The notes beneath the pieces were generated by a model. It did no database searches. It saw nothing but the letters and a program-made list of their open reading frames with translations, and was not told where the DNA came from. From a virus (taxonomy: Duplodnaviria > Caudoviricetes), in the IMG/VR virus record IMGVR_UViG_3300046011_004185, positions 1 through 55,793 of that record: DNA of 55,793 bases. One strand, 5' to 3'. Both the position numbers and the translations under genes were made by a program. Below, piece by piece: positions 45,672 through 55,390 of this stretch (position 1 is its first letter; each line of letters starts with the position of its first letter).

Positions 45672-48212
45672 TCAGACTCCTTTGGTTAGTTCAAGGGCGG
45701 TCTTGTCCCGGTCTAGCTTCAGACGGGCCGCATCACGGGTTAGCCGTGCCGATTCGATGCGCTCCTTCATATCCATATCGCCAACAGCGATCGCGTATTT
45801 GTACTTCTGCTCCTCCATGGCGAGCTCAAAGTCGGCCTGCAGCCTGAGCGTTTCGCGCTCAATGTCAGCGGCCATTTCCCGATCCTTCAGTTGCATCTCG
45901 GCCTGATCTCGGGCGGCTCTGCGCTGGGTCTCAGCCATCGAGGTATCCAGAAGTACCTTGGCATCAGGGGTGAGCTGCGGCTGGGGCTGGAACTGCTGGC
46001 CAATCTGCATCATCTGCTGGATGACCGGCATGATTCCCTGCAGGGTCTGCTCAGTATCCATGCTGATATGTTGCGCTGCCATAGCGTAGAGCTTGTCGAT
46101 CTCCTTGGGGTTAGCAACCATGCCGTAGTTCTCGTGCGGCTTGCCTCCCATGGCCTGGTTCACATAGCCCTTAGCCCTGCCCAGATACCAAAGCACGATG
46201 TGCTGCTTGATGTGCTCCATGGCCTTGGCAATGAACTGCGGGGCAATCAGGGGGTTGCCGCCAAAGACGGGGTCTCGGGCGAAGTCTAGGTGGCTCTGTA
46301 TGTGAGCTAGGTGATCTTGTTCGGGATAAGCGTAGGCCATCTGCCCGATCGACATGGCCACATTCTCGTTGGCCGGGTCCATCTTCTCGGGCGGCGGCAC
46401 ATCGACCATCAGCTCGTTCACGCCAGGCACCTTGATCTGCTTTAAGAACCTAGAGATCACCGCCCGGCGGTTAAAGAGGTCAGGATTCTGCTGCATGATG
46501 GCCATAACCGCCTGGGTCTGCGCCATCCGCTGGGTTTCAGAGAAGATATGGGGGTCTGAGACCGGGACGATGTCGGTATTTCTTTGGAAATCCTCGCGGC
46601 TGATCTCTAAATCGGCGACCACATCGCCTTTTTTCATGTCCTCCAGGTACCAGCGGTTAATCCGCCCCAGAATCATGAGAACCCGGCGCTGGCTCTCGTG
46701 CAGACGGGCATGGATTGAGGAAAATACTGCCGCGCCCTGCTCAATTAAAGCCTGAGTCGTACCAACAGGGGTCTGAGAGTTCACATCGGCAATTTTTTCC
46801 TCTGCCGTTGTCACAACTCCCTTGGCGGCGTTCGTTAGCCAGCCCATAAGCTCCATAAGAACGGGGCTTGGCGGGTTAAACGGCATCGGCATGGCGAGCT
46901 TGCGGACATCATCCACCCCCGGAGCTGCTTCAATCTCCGAGACCTGGGTGATTTCCACCTGTTGGCTCTGCCCAGACACCTTTGCGCCCTTCAGCTTCAA
47001 GAGAGTAGCGGCGTTGTTGATGTGGGCAGAATCTAGTAGGGCCCTCAGGCTGCCCGTAAGGGCTGCTGCAAGGCCTCCAATGAGGTGTGGGAGGCCTACG
47101 GCATAGGCGCCTCGCCACGGAATGAATTTGAACTCTACGATCCAGTCTAATTTGGTCATGGAGTCGTCGCCTTCTTCCCAGTTTCGGTAAAGGCCTACGA
47201 CTTCGTTGTCCAGCTCATCGACCATCAGGATGTACGGGGCCATTTCGCCCTTTGTGTACTTGTCCTCTTCAATCTCTAAGAAGGTGTAGATGTGATAAAC
47301 GCGCCGGACACCATCCTCATTTTCGTCTGGCTCTTTGCCTTCAACCTTGAGGTTGGCTTTGGCGGGAGCAGTTTCCTCTGGGTAGGCCGTTGCACGGACC
47401 AAACTGATGTCCCGATACAGACCAGACGCGATCCGACGTCGGAATTCGTATTCAGTAATGTCCTGAATCTCAGTTATCCGCTGCGCCGTATAGAAATTAC
47501 CTGCGGCAAAGGGGAGAAGCACATTGTCGATCGGTAAAAACTCAGCACATGGGCGCTTTTTGCGCTCGTCGTACCAGAGTTTGATGTACTGCGAGCCTCC
47601 GAGGGGCAGCTGGGTAAGCATCTGCTCCTCTTCGTCCCTGAATTCTTCGATCTGCTCGGTGAGCTGCCAGTTCATCCAGTCGCGTTTGCGCTCAGAGGCT
47701 TGGACCTTGTTGTCATTTACATCACCCAGGATCTTGATTCGGGTCGGGCCGTCGGGCGGGAACATCTCCTTGATGGCTCGGGCAGCAAAATCCACGCAGG
47801 CCTCGGCCATAACGGGGTGAACGACCTTAGATGCGCCAGTGAACTGAGCTCCACCAGGGGCGTCGTTGCCCATTCCAGTGCGCCGAATGCCCTCTTCGTA
47901 CTGCTCATCGCGCTTTTTGCGGCTTTCCTTGTCCTTGCGGATCAAGTCTTGGTACTTCAGAGCCAGTTTCTGCAGGTCAAACGGGTCAAAGTCGTCTGAA
48001 TCCGCCAGGTTTTGGTAGAAATCCTCGTTCTCCATCGGCCCGTTGTTAGGCATTTTGACGATCGCTGAGCCATCAGGCAGCTCCTCAATGTCTGCCTCGG
48101 CCAGGTTGGGCATCTCTACCTCAACTTCGCCCTCTTCGGTCTGAGCAGTCGGGTCCTGAATGCTAGGAACAAAGCGGTTGTACTCAGGTTCGATCGGAAA
48201 TTCTTCGGCCAT
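45672..48212 (-). CDS. Portal protein
   Basis: F.GAS.V.HP.MAEA.V.F.ARA..E.FP..GP, LPL.GS...K, F.PWRG.Y..GL.HLIG, PVGTT.AL.EQ, PVSDP.IFS; C-terminal coiled-coil barrel. Confidence 0.9.
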   Translation of the reverse strand: MAEEFPIEPEYNRFVPSIQDPTAQTEEGEVEVEMPNLAEADIEELPDGSAIVKMPNNGPMENEDFYQNLADSDDFDPFDLQKLALKYQDLIRKDKESRKKRDEQYEEGIRRTGMGNDAPGGAQFTGASKVVHPVMAEACVDFAARAIKEMFPPDGPTRIKILGDVNDNKVQASERKRDWMNWQLTEQIEEFRDEEEQMLTQLPLGGSQYIKLWYDERKKRPCAEFLPIDNVLLPFAAGNFYTAQRITEIQDITEYEFRRRIASGLYRDISLVRATAYPEETAPAKANLKVEGKEPDENEDGVRRVYHIYTFLEIEEDKYTKGEMAPYILMVDELDNEVVGLYRNWEEGDDSMTKLDWIVEFKFIPWRGAYAVGLPHLIGGLAAALTGSLRALLDSAHINNAATLLKLKGAKVSGQSQQVEITQVSEIEAAPGVDDVRKLAMPMPFNPPSPVLMELMGWLTNAAKGVVTTAEEKIADVNSQTPVGTTQALIEQGAAVFSSIHARLHESQRRVLMILGRINRWYLEDMKKGDVVADLEISREDFQRNTDIVPVSDPHIFSETQRMAQTQAVMAIMQQNPDLFNRRAVISRFLKQIKVPGVNELMVDVPPPEKMDPANENVAMSIGQMAYAYPEQDHLAHIQSHLDFARDPVFGGNPLIAPQFIAKAMEHIKQHIVLWYLGRAKGYVNQAMGGKPHENYGMVANPKEIDKLYAMAAQHISMDTEQTLQGIMPVIQQMMQIGQQFQPQPQLTPDAKVLLDTSMAETQRRAARDQAEMQLKDREMAADIERETLRLQADFELAMEEQKYKYAIAVGDMDMKERIESARLTRDAARLKLDRDKTALELTKGV

Positions 48213-48223
48213 ATTCTTTTTCC

Positions 48224-51200
48224 TTAGCGTTTGTCTTTATCGCTTTTGGCATATTTCATCCAAGGCTTATTTTTGGCTGACTCTGCCAGCCGTTTAATTG
48301 CGCCGCCAGTGGCGAGCTGCTGGATCTTGTGCCAGCGCATTAAATCTTTGTCTTTAGTGACCGCGCCGCCCTCTTTAAATGGCTGGCCAATCTTTACATC
48401 TGACTTCATCTTGGCAGGCAGATCCATCAGCCACATATCGGTTGCGGGCGCCTTCTTGTTGGCTTCTTTCAAAACCTTGTCAAAGTCGTACTCAAAGGCA
48501 ATATCTTCGCCGGTCTCACGATCGACTACTTTGAATGCCATGATCTCACGGCCATAACGATCAAACTCTCCGGTGTAGACCTCCTCTACATCGTCCGGCT
48601 CAAACTCTTTAATTGTGTACTGAGTCTTCTTAGCCTCGGTTCCATATTTTTTACCGAGCTTGTTCATGTACTCAGGGTAATTCCGACCATAGTACTGACG
48701 CATCCCTTCGCCGCCGATCTTCAGATCATCCCCGGTCAGGGTGCCGTCAGTCTCCTTTGACTCCAAGATTCTCTTGGCCACATCTTTGCCGACATATAGG
48801 TCAAGATCCTTTGGCTCAACGGTCTTATCCAAGACCACTGACTGACCTTTCTCGGCCATCAGCTTGATCGTGCCGTCTGCGTTTTTCTCGTAGATCAGGC
48901 CGTCAATGTGGGTTCCAAGGCTGCCACGGCGAATCTGCTCATCTGGGCCAACCAAAGCCACTTGGTCGTAGTCGTTGTCAGCGGCGTACTTAAGAAGACG
49001 CTTTACCCCAAGCTGATACCAATCCTTTTTGAACGGAGCGTTTGGAACGCCTTCAATTGCCTTATTTCTTCTAAGAACTATTTCTTCCTCAGCTCGTCGC
49101 GCTTCATCTAATAACGGTCTGATTTCTTCTTGTCGAGCAGGATTATCATTATTTCTATTGAATTCATTTAATAATTCCATCGCCCGTTTTCGAGCAGCGA
49201 CATAGGTAGGATCATAGTAATCAATGAATTGTTTTGGATCTTTATATCCTTTTACTCTTCCCTCTTGATGCCAGTCAGATTGAATCTCCTCAATGACTAA
49301 GGTTTTCTTGCCGCCAATGGTCATATCCTGCATACGCAGGTGCATCAGCGTGTTTGGTTCGCCTAGCCAATGCGTAGACTCATAATTTTTACTGGCTTCT
49401 TCCGCCCGAACTTCACGAAAATCAAAATCTGCCTTCTCTTTTTCTTTTGTTAATTGTTTCAGCTGCTGAAACACATTAAATGTTTCTTCACTATTTGGAT
49501 CAATTTCAGCCAGTGTTCTGTATTGCTCTCGTAAATCGGCGACTTGTCTGCTTAAATCGTATGCCTTGTTCTCTAACCGTATTAAATTATTAGACTTTGA
49601 AATTGGCAGCTTCAATAAAATTTCACGATAATTTTTTCCGCCAGGAAGAATCAACCCTTCGCGCTCATATTTTGGCTCTTTATATTCAGCAAGTCGGGCT
49701 TTGGTCGCATCAAACCATGCCTCTTCTTCTGCGGTAACCATCTCTTGAAATCCACGGGAGATTCGACGGTTAATGTCATTGAGCTTTTGGCGATCAACAT
49801 CGTCTAGGATAGTTCCGCGCACTACCTCTTCAATCTGAACATTATGTTGGTCGATGTAGTCCTGCACCTCCTGCCGGGTCACACTCTTCTTACCCTTTAG
49901 GAAGTCAACAATCCCTGTTGCCTCGAGCTCACCCGCGCTCGGGTTGAACTTCATAATGTCGCTTAGGAAAGCGTCGCCAGACCCCTCTTCCCGCTTCAGG
50001 TTGGCGGCCGCCTTCTCAACCGATGAGAAGAACCCCATCTCATTGGCTGGCACCTTGACCGCCTCTTCCTTTGGTGCCGGCTCCTTCTGAGCCCGAGCGA
50101 TGTTGGCCTGGGCGTACTTCTCCTTTTGGGCCTTGGAGTACTGAGCCTTCTGCATTTCCTCGGGCGTCATCTCTTCGCCTGCCTCAAGCCTGCGGATCAG
50201 CTCATTGACCGATATCTTCTCGCCACCAGGGCCGACCGGCTTAATCGATGCACCCACCGGCAGGTCACGCAGATATGGCGCTACATCCTCAGCTGCACGG
50301 CCGATCGCACCCGACACCTTCGGAGCAGCCAGAATCGGGATGCCGGTGAACTCACCCAGGGTCTCAAACTGCTCGAATGGCGCCTTGCCGTACTGATCTA
50401 GGAACTTCTTTACATCCTCAGTCGTAGGTAGGCCGGTCTCGCCCTCCATCCCGCGCAGGAACGCACCCAGACGGTTCTCGCCTGGCTGGGGGCTGACTGC
50501 AGCTCCAACGCCACGGCCTAATGAAATTATGTCGCCAGGAAGGCCAACGGTTGCCTGCAGCGCTCCCTTGCCGGCTGAGCCAAACGCACCCAATGCGCCC
50601 TGCACTGCCTGGGATGGGGTCTCGAAGATCTCTCCGATTCTGGGCTCTTTCCTTCTGACGCCACGGCCAACCAAGATCTCTTTTGCCGGAGACTCCGGCG
50701 GAAGGCCAGACTCGAAAAATCCCTCGAACTCAGATGCACCGCCGTTAGACATCCTGACCTCGCCACCTGCGGCATATGCTTGGTAATCGCTCTCGAGGTC
50801 CATAGCAAGTGGCGGTATTCCTTCGGGGCTACCTACTGCGCCACCCTCAGCCATCGTCTTCTCGTGCCAAGCCTTTAGATCGTTGTCGATCGCTCCGCCC
50901 TCAGCTTGGCCCTCTTTCAGTTTTTGTTCGAGCTGATAACGCTTTTCCATCAACCGATTGAGCCATTCATCATCGGCATATTGAATTGGGTGGGCACGGG
51001 AAAAAGAATAGTAGTCCCCCGATTCGGGCTGACCCAAGAGGCGCCGTGCATCGAAGTGCGATTGCCAAATGTCCTGATAATCGACCGGCACATCCAACCT
51101 TCCGGCGACCTGGCCCGCCATGGCAACCGGGTAATCTGATGGGATGAGCGGGTTCTCAATGATGCGCCCAGTCGGGTCCATCTTCGCAAGCCTAAATCCA

Positions 51201-52111
51201 GCCTGGTTGGTTTCTACATCCAGCAGCTCTGGCTCGATGATGGCCTTGCGTGTTGCTGCGACATCAGGAAAACCCATGGACTGGAAGTTCTCCTTGCCCA
51301 TGATGTCAAACAACTTGGTGCGGATGATTCCGTTGTTCTTATCGAGTATCAGGTCCCTGACCTCTGGGCTCTTGATCCCTGGCCAATCAGGTAAGGGCGG
51401 GAACTTCTTCGACCCCTCCCGCATGGCTTTATCGAATTCTTTCTCGGCCTTACTCGAGATCTCGCTGTATGGCACCTGCTGGATCAAAGCGTTGGCGCCC
51501 ATGATGTTGAAGTCGGTGTTGGTCGCTGATCCGGCGGTGTACACCCCGTACACTGGACGGCCACCCTCACCAGCTCGAGCAGCCTGCCTGCCCAACGCAG
51601 TAACTCGACCCAAACCCGACTCCCAGGCAGCTGACTCCTCAGGCGTTACCGGGTTGAAGTTTGCGTCCATATAACGCATGCCGCCCGTAAGCCGCACCGG
51701 TGTCTCAAGTTCGGTCTCACCAATATGTGTCAGATACTTGCCCGCAGCAGCACGGTCACCGACCAGCGGGAACAGGGCGGCCTCTTCTTTCACCAGTCGC
51801 TCGGGGGTAATGATGTCGATCTCTGGCGGATTGAACATCGGGTCTGGCACTGTCGTGGAATGCATGCCAGACACCGGCTTTGTCAGCTTTACGCCACCTC
51901 CGACCGGGTGATACAGGCCGAGCGCCTCGTTGGCCTTCCTTGACCTGGGCGGCAGCTTCGCCAGCTGCTCTGCTACTTCGGCATCCCTCGCAGCCCGTGC
52001 TGATGCCTGCTCTGCATGAGCTTTTCTGCCGGCCGATCGGATTGCGCTTAGCCCACCTTTTTCAGTGATCCGCTCAACGACCTGCGCACCCTTTTTGACT
52101 TTGCTAAGCAT
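48224..52111 (-). CDS. Large polyvalent-type multidomain protein (1295 aa)
   Basis: Two globular regions separated by xxGG-motif linkers; the second carries LPGG.NYRE.LL, H.RM.D, EEIQSDWHQ and APF...W.....KR....A motifs. Confidence 0.7.
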   Translation of the reverse strand: MLSKVKKGAQVVERITEKGGLSAIRSAGRKAHAEQASARAARDAEVAEQLAKLPPRSRKANEALGLYHPVGGGVKLTKPVSGMHSTTVPDPMFNPPEIDIITPERLVKEEAALFPLVGDRAAAGKYLTHIGETELETPVRLTGGMRYMDANFNPVTPEESAAWESGLGRVTALGRQAARAGEGGRPVYGVYTAGSATNTDFNIMGANALIQQVPYSEISSKAEKEFDKAMREGSKKFPPLPDWPGIKSPEVRDLILDKNNGIIRTKLFDIMGKENFQSMGFPDVAATRKAIIEPELLDVETNQAGFRLAKMDPTGRIIENPLIPSDYPVAMAGQVAGRLDVPVDYQDIWQSHFDARRLLGQPESGDYYSFSRAHPIQYADDEWLNRLMEKRYQLEQKLKEGQAEGGAIDNDLKAWHEKTMAEGGAVGSPEGIPPLAMDLESDYQAYAAGGEVRMSNGGASEFEGFFESGLPPESPAKEILVGRGVRRKEPRIGEIFETPSQAVQGALGAFGSAGKGALQATVGLPGDIISLGRGVGAAVSPQPGENRLGAFLRGMEGETGLPTTEDVKKFLDQYGKAPFEQFETLGEFTGIPILAAPKVSGAIGRAAEDVAPYLRDLPVGASIKPVGPGGEKISVNELIRRLEAGEEMTPEEMQKAQYSKAQKEKYAQANIARAQKEPAPKEEAVKVPANEMGFFSSVEKAAANLKREEGSGDAFLSDIMKFNPSAGELEATGIVDFLKGKKSVTRQEVQDYIDQHNVQIEEVVRGTILDDVDRQKLNDINRRISRGFQEMVTAEEEAWFDATKARLAEYKEPKYEREGLILPGGKNYREILLKLPISKSNNLIRLENKAYDLSRQVADLREQYRTLAEIDPNSEETFNVFQQLKQLTKEKEKADFDFREVRAEEASKNYESTHWLGEPNTLMHLRMQDMTIGGKKTLVIEEIQSDWHQEGRVKGYKDPKQFIDYYDPTYVAARKRAMELLNEFNRNNDNPARQEEIRPLLDEARRAEEEIVLRRNKAIEGVPNAPFKKDWYQLGVKRLLKYAADNDYDQVALVGPDEQIRRGSLGTHIDGLIYEKNADGTIKLMAEKGQSVVLDKTVEPKDLDLYVGKDVAKRILESKETDGTLTGDDLKIGGEGMRQYYGRNYPEYMNKLGKKYGTEAKKTQYTIKEFEPDDVEEVYTGEFDRYGREIMAFKVVDRETGEDIAFEYDFDKVLKEANKKAPATDMWLMDLPAKMKSDVKIGQPFKEGGAVTKDKDLMRWHKIQQLATGGAIKRLAESAKNKPWMKYAKSDKDKR

Positions 52112-52134
52112 GATTCCCGCCCCGTAGATGCGGC

Positions 52135-52163
52135 ATTATCAAACCTGCCTCAAAGTCTTGCCA
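52135..52163 (-). promoter_or_regulatory. Putative sigma70-like promoter upstream of the head and tail genes
   Basis: TGGCAA-17 nt-GATAAT in the gap after TerL. Confidence 0.45.
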
Positions 52164-52164
52164 C

Positions 52165-53583
52165 TCAGACTGCATACGGATTCTCCCGTTTACGGATACC
52201 CGCATCAATGTAATCTTCCTCGTCGAAGTCGTCTTCTCTTGGCGGATCAATCTCGAGCCAGCCTGAGTCTCTCAAGAACCGCAGCGCCTGGGTACAGGCA
52301 TCCACAAAGTCATCATGCGTTGACTCTGGGAAGCTGCAGATCTGGGAAACGAATGGCTCTGCCCAGTCCCTGACATAGCCCTTCCTGACGGTGGACTCGG
52401 GTATCCAGACCCGGCCGCGGGCGATGATGTTGGACACAATGTTCAGGCGCTGAACCTTATCAGCGTTGCCTGGGTTGTAAGCCCTCACGGGCAGGTGCGC
52501 CCGCTGCAGGTCTTGGATCAAGCTGATGCCCGAGCTCTTATCCTCGACCAGGATTAGATCCACCCGCTTACGGTCTTTACCCTCTCCGTAGATGGTTTCG
52601 TACTCCTCGATGACCTTAGGCCTCAAATCTGGATACTGCAGGCGGTCTTGCCAGCAATCGACGACCATGACCGACATGGCCCCATCCTGCGGCTTAAACA
52701 CGCCCCAGGTGATGCAGGCGGTGGGATCGTTGATCGTCTTCTCGGTATAGGCGCAGTCATAGGACTGGATGATGTACTCGAACTTCGGGAAGGGCTTTCC
52801 GTCTGGCCAGAGCTTGAACATCTCCCGCTTGACGATCCCTGACTCCTCGGGATCGATGATCTCGGCATAGATCTCCTGCCGGCCAAGGTTGGTTCCCTCG
52901 TACTGCAGGATCTGCTTTTGGAAGTTAGCCGAGAGGTTGGCCAGGTTGTCGTAGGTCGAGGCCGTCCGCACGATCACATCGTCCCCATTCCTGCCCACCA
53001 GCTCAATGATCAGGTCCTTCGGCCGGGGAGTGGTCGTGCAGATGATCTTAGTCTTCTTACCCAGGCGGACAGAGAACATGATCTGATCCCAGGCCTCGTC
53101 TAAGTAGTCCCAGGCGGCCAGCTCGTCGCACCAGGCGCCATGGAACTGCGGGCCACGGAAGCGCTCGGGCTCCGAGGCAGGGATGCCCTTGATCAGGCTG
53201 CCATTGGTCAATTTAAGCTCGTGGAAGGCCCGGTTGTAATCTGCCACAAGTGAACTGGGTATAACTGATAGGAGGCCCGAGTCTCCTTCAAAGCAAGTGG
53301 CACGAACATCAGAGGAAGTGGGGGCTCCGACGAGCCAGCGGGTTCCAGGCTCAGTCCAGGCCCACCAGCCCACCTGCTCTGCAGCCGTTCTTGTCTTGCC
53401 AGCACCGCGACCTGCCAGCATGAGCCAAATAGACCACCAGTCCCCAGCCGGGACAACCTGGTACTTGTGAGCCTTAGCGATCCAGTTAGCCCGCCATGCC
53501 CAGGCGATTTGGTCTTCAGGCTTGAGCTGCTCGAACTTGGCCTGAGTTTCCGGGTCTTTGAGGATTTCAACAAGGTCATTCAC
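52165..53583 (-). CDS. terL: Terminase large subunit
   Basis: AGRGAGKT Walker A, RFRGPQ...AWCDE, TTTP, QSYDCA, VEDKSSG, HDDFVDA. Confidence 0.95.
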   Translation of the reverse strand: MNDLVEILKDPETQAKFEQLKPEDQIAWAWRANWIAKAHKYQVVPAGDWWSIWLMLAGRGAGKTRTAAEQVGWWAWTEPGTRWLVGAPTSSDVRATCFEGDSGLLSVIPSSLVADYNRAFHELKLTNGSLIKGIPASEPERFRGPQFHGAWCDELAAWDYLDEAWDQIMFSVRLGKKTKIICTTTPRPKDLIIELVGRNGDDVIVRTASTYDNLANLSANFQKQILQYEGTNLGRQEIYAEIIDPEESGIVKREMFKLWPDGKPFPKFEYIIQSYDCAYTEKTINDPTACITWGVFKPQDGAMSVMVVDCWQDRLQYPDLRPKVIEEYETIYGEGKDRKRVDLILVEDKSSGISLIQDLQRAHLPVRAYNPGNADKVQRLNIVSNIIARGRVWIPESTVRKGYVRDWAEPFVSQICSFPESTHDDFVDACTQALRFLRDSGWLEIDPPREDDFDEEDYIDAGIRKRENPYAV

Positions 53584-53794
53584 TGGGATAGTTGCTACGG
53601 ATTACTCTGGCTATGTCCCTGGGCGTCATGTACTCGATCTCGGCTATCCTCGCGCACCGCTCCCGCTCAGCCATGACAGCCGCTTGGATCGTCGCCTCAG
53701 TCAGCTTGGCCGAGGCGATCAGGTACTCCGATAAGTCCTTGTTGGCACGGCTTAAAGCCTCCATTGAACCGATCAAGATCTCTTGCGCCTTCAT
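53576..53794 (-). CDS. Hypothetical protein
   Basis: AERERCARIAE motif; between TerS and TerL with overlaps. Confidence 0.6.
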   Translation of the reverse strand: MKAQEILIGSMEALSRANKDLSEYLIASAKLTEATIQAAVMAERERCARIAEIEYMTPRDIARVIRSNYPSE

Positions 53795-54333
53795 TCGGCC
53801 TGCTTACGGGCTTCCATAGCCGCCAGGAGGTCGTTAAACAATCCCTTAGCCTCCAGGCTAGCCTCCACCTTCAGCGGGTTGTTTTCGTCCCCGGCCAGGG
53901 CTACCCGGTCTCCGTACTTCCGTGGCTTTAACTTGGATGCCGTCCACTTCCGGGCGTCCACCCTGAGCTTCATCCACTGGATATAGGCGCCATCAAAGGA
54001 TGTATTCCCGTTCCCGTCCGTCTTCTCCATCGGCATGGCATCAGCTATCGCCTGTATCTCATCTGCAAGGGTATCTGCCTGATCTTCCCTGGCTTTTGTG
54101 TACATGTCCGAAAACTCTGCAAATCGGGACAGCCAAAGGTAAACAGATGCCACGGCGGGCATATGCTCGTCTTTACATATCTTTACCAGGGGCTCTCCAT
54201 GGGCTATGCGGGTGCAGATCTCTGCGGCGAGCGTGGAGTCGTACTTTGTTGGGCGGCCACCAGGATGTTTCTGAGGCGAAACCGATTTGGTTTCCGATTC
54301 GGTTTCTTTTTGTTTGGTTCGAGTTTCAGGCAT
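53791..54333 (-). CDS. terS: Terminase small subunit
   Basis: GRPTKY...EIC.RI..GE.L..IC.DE.MP...V..WL...Y.KARE.QAD.LADEI..IAD...LRVDARKW.ASKL.P.KYGD. Confidence 0.88.
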   Translation of the reverse strand: MPETRTKQKETESETKSVSPQKHPGGRPTKYDSTLAAEICTRIAHGEPLVKICKDEHMPAVASVYLWLSRFAEFSDMYTKAREDQADTLADEIQAIADAMPMEKTDGNGNTSFDGAYIQWMKLRVDARKWTASKLKPRKYGDRVALAGDENNPLKVEASLEAKGLFNDLLAAMEARKQAE

Positions 54334-54365
54334 GACCCTTAGTCCAATCGATTGATCGGTAGAGT

Positions 54366-54578
54366 CTAAGGGTTCTTGGGATTTCTTGCCACCGATCGCC
54401 TTACTGCCCTTTTGCGTTTACCTCTGACTTCGGCTGCTGCCTTTTCAATGGCCGAGGCAAACAGGTACAAATCATCATCCGTAAGCCGAGCCCCATACCT
54501 TCGATCCCAAATCAAAATTTTGAAGACCGTCGTTGAGATGTCTATCAGCCGATCCACATCAGACTTCCTAGCTTCCAC
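54366..54578 (-). CDS. Hypothetical protein (about 70 aa)
   Basis: GTG start at 54578 after AAGGAGAGG; the longer ORF extension runs through structured sequence. Confidence 0.5.
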   Translation of the reverse strand: MEARKSDVDRLIDISTTVFKILIWDRRYGARLTDDDLYLFASAIEKAAAEVRGKRKRAVRRSVARNPKNP

Positions 54579-54597
54579 TGCCTCTCCTTCTTTTGGC

Positions 54598-54749
54598 GGG
54601 GGCCGGGCTGTGTACAACAACCGAACCCCACGATGCCAGGAATCCGTTTGTTTCCCGACCCCCTTACGGCTGAGGACTGTTGCGCCGCCCCCGTAGTACC
54701 GGAAGCCAATCCCCATGCGTAAAGGTCCCCGGACTTAACGGCTCCGAGG
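54598..54749 (-). ncRNA. Candidate structured RNA (three consecutive hairpins)
   Basis: CCTCGGA/TCCGGGG; TACG-CA-TGGGGATTG/CAGTCCTCA-GC-CGTA; GGGGGTCGGG/CCCGGCCCCC; many G-U pairs on the minus strand. Confidence 0.45.
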
Positions 54750-54769
54750 TGCCGAAAACCAAATCGGTT

Positions 54770-54985
54770 TTAATTCGCTTTCACTTCGCTTTCAAACTGT
54801 TTTTGCAGCGCCTGACTCATTGTCCGAACCCCAACAAGGTGACCGTTCGTCCAAAGGATTCTGCAGAAATCCAAGAAGAAAAGCTCCTGCAAACTGTCCT
54901 CTTCAAAGACTAATCCTACCCCAGCCGCTTGATCAAGTAGGGCTTTCTTGGAGGGCATAGAGTCGCCATCAAACCTTATGCTCAT
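54770..54985 (-). CDS. Hypothetical protein
   Basis: GAGGAG RBS; operon packing. Confidence 0.55.
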   Translation of the reverse strand: MSIRFDGDSMPSKKALLDQAAGVGLVFEEDSLQELFFLDFCRILWTNGHLVGVRTMSQALQKQFESEVKAN

Positions 54986-55187
54986 TGCGCTTCTCCTCGA
55001 TGGTAATGGTATAAGCGGTGCCGTGCTTATCGACCACGCTGATGGTTTTCTTGGGAGATCGATAAGACCCGTCAGAATTTAAGTCGAAGTTAACGCTTCC
55101 CACGGAGTCGATGATTCCCTCCATATCTTGTTTCTTCAGGTTCTTCTGGATGATGTGGGCCAGGTAATCGCAATAGGCAAGAATCAT
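54969..55187 (-). CDS. Hypothetical protein
   Basis: Overlaps its neighbours; K.I.V.D..G..Y.ITIEE C-terminus. Confidence 0.65.
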   Translation of the reverse strand: MILAYCDYLAHIIQKNLKKQDMEGIIDSVGSVNFDLNSDGSYRSPKKTISVVDKHGTAYTITIEEKRNEHKV

Positions 55188-55390
55188 TTTTTATCCCTCA
55201 ATTCAAAGATTTCAAAGGCGCGGATAAAGAGCTCTGGCCAGGTGGCCTGGATCTTCTCCCGGTTCGTTGGATCTGCCCTGAACCATGTTAAGGCCAGGGA
55301 CTCAGCAAAGCCACCCAGGTGGCCATTTGACATAATGTTGGCCGCCTGGTGGTATTCCACTGGGCGCTGCATCTTTATGACATTACTCAT
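55184..55390 (-). CDS. Hypothetical protein
   Basis: GGFA..LA..W..AD..N...I...WPE.F pattern of small phage proteins. Confidence 0.7.
   Translation of the reverse strand: MSNVIKMQRPVEYHQAANIMSNGHLGGFAESLALTWFRADPTNREKIQATWPELFIRAFEIFELRDKK

Noticed and set aside
8689-54335. Numerous plus-strand ORFs of 60-213 aa in the ORF track
   Set aside because: They are antisense shadows of well-supported minus-strand genes and show no recognisable motifs
54579-54716. N-terminal extension of ORF 54366..54716
   Set aside because: A strong RBS precedes the GTG at 54578, and the extension coincides with stacked hairpins
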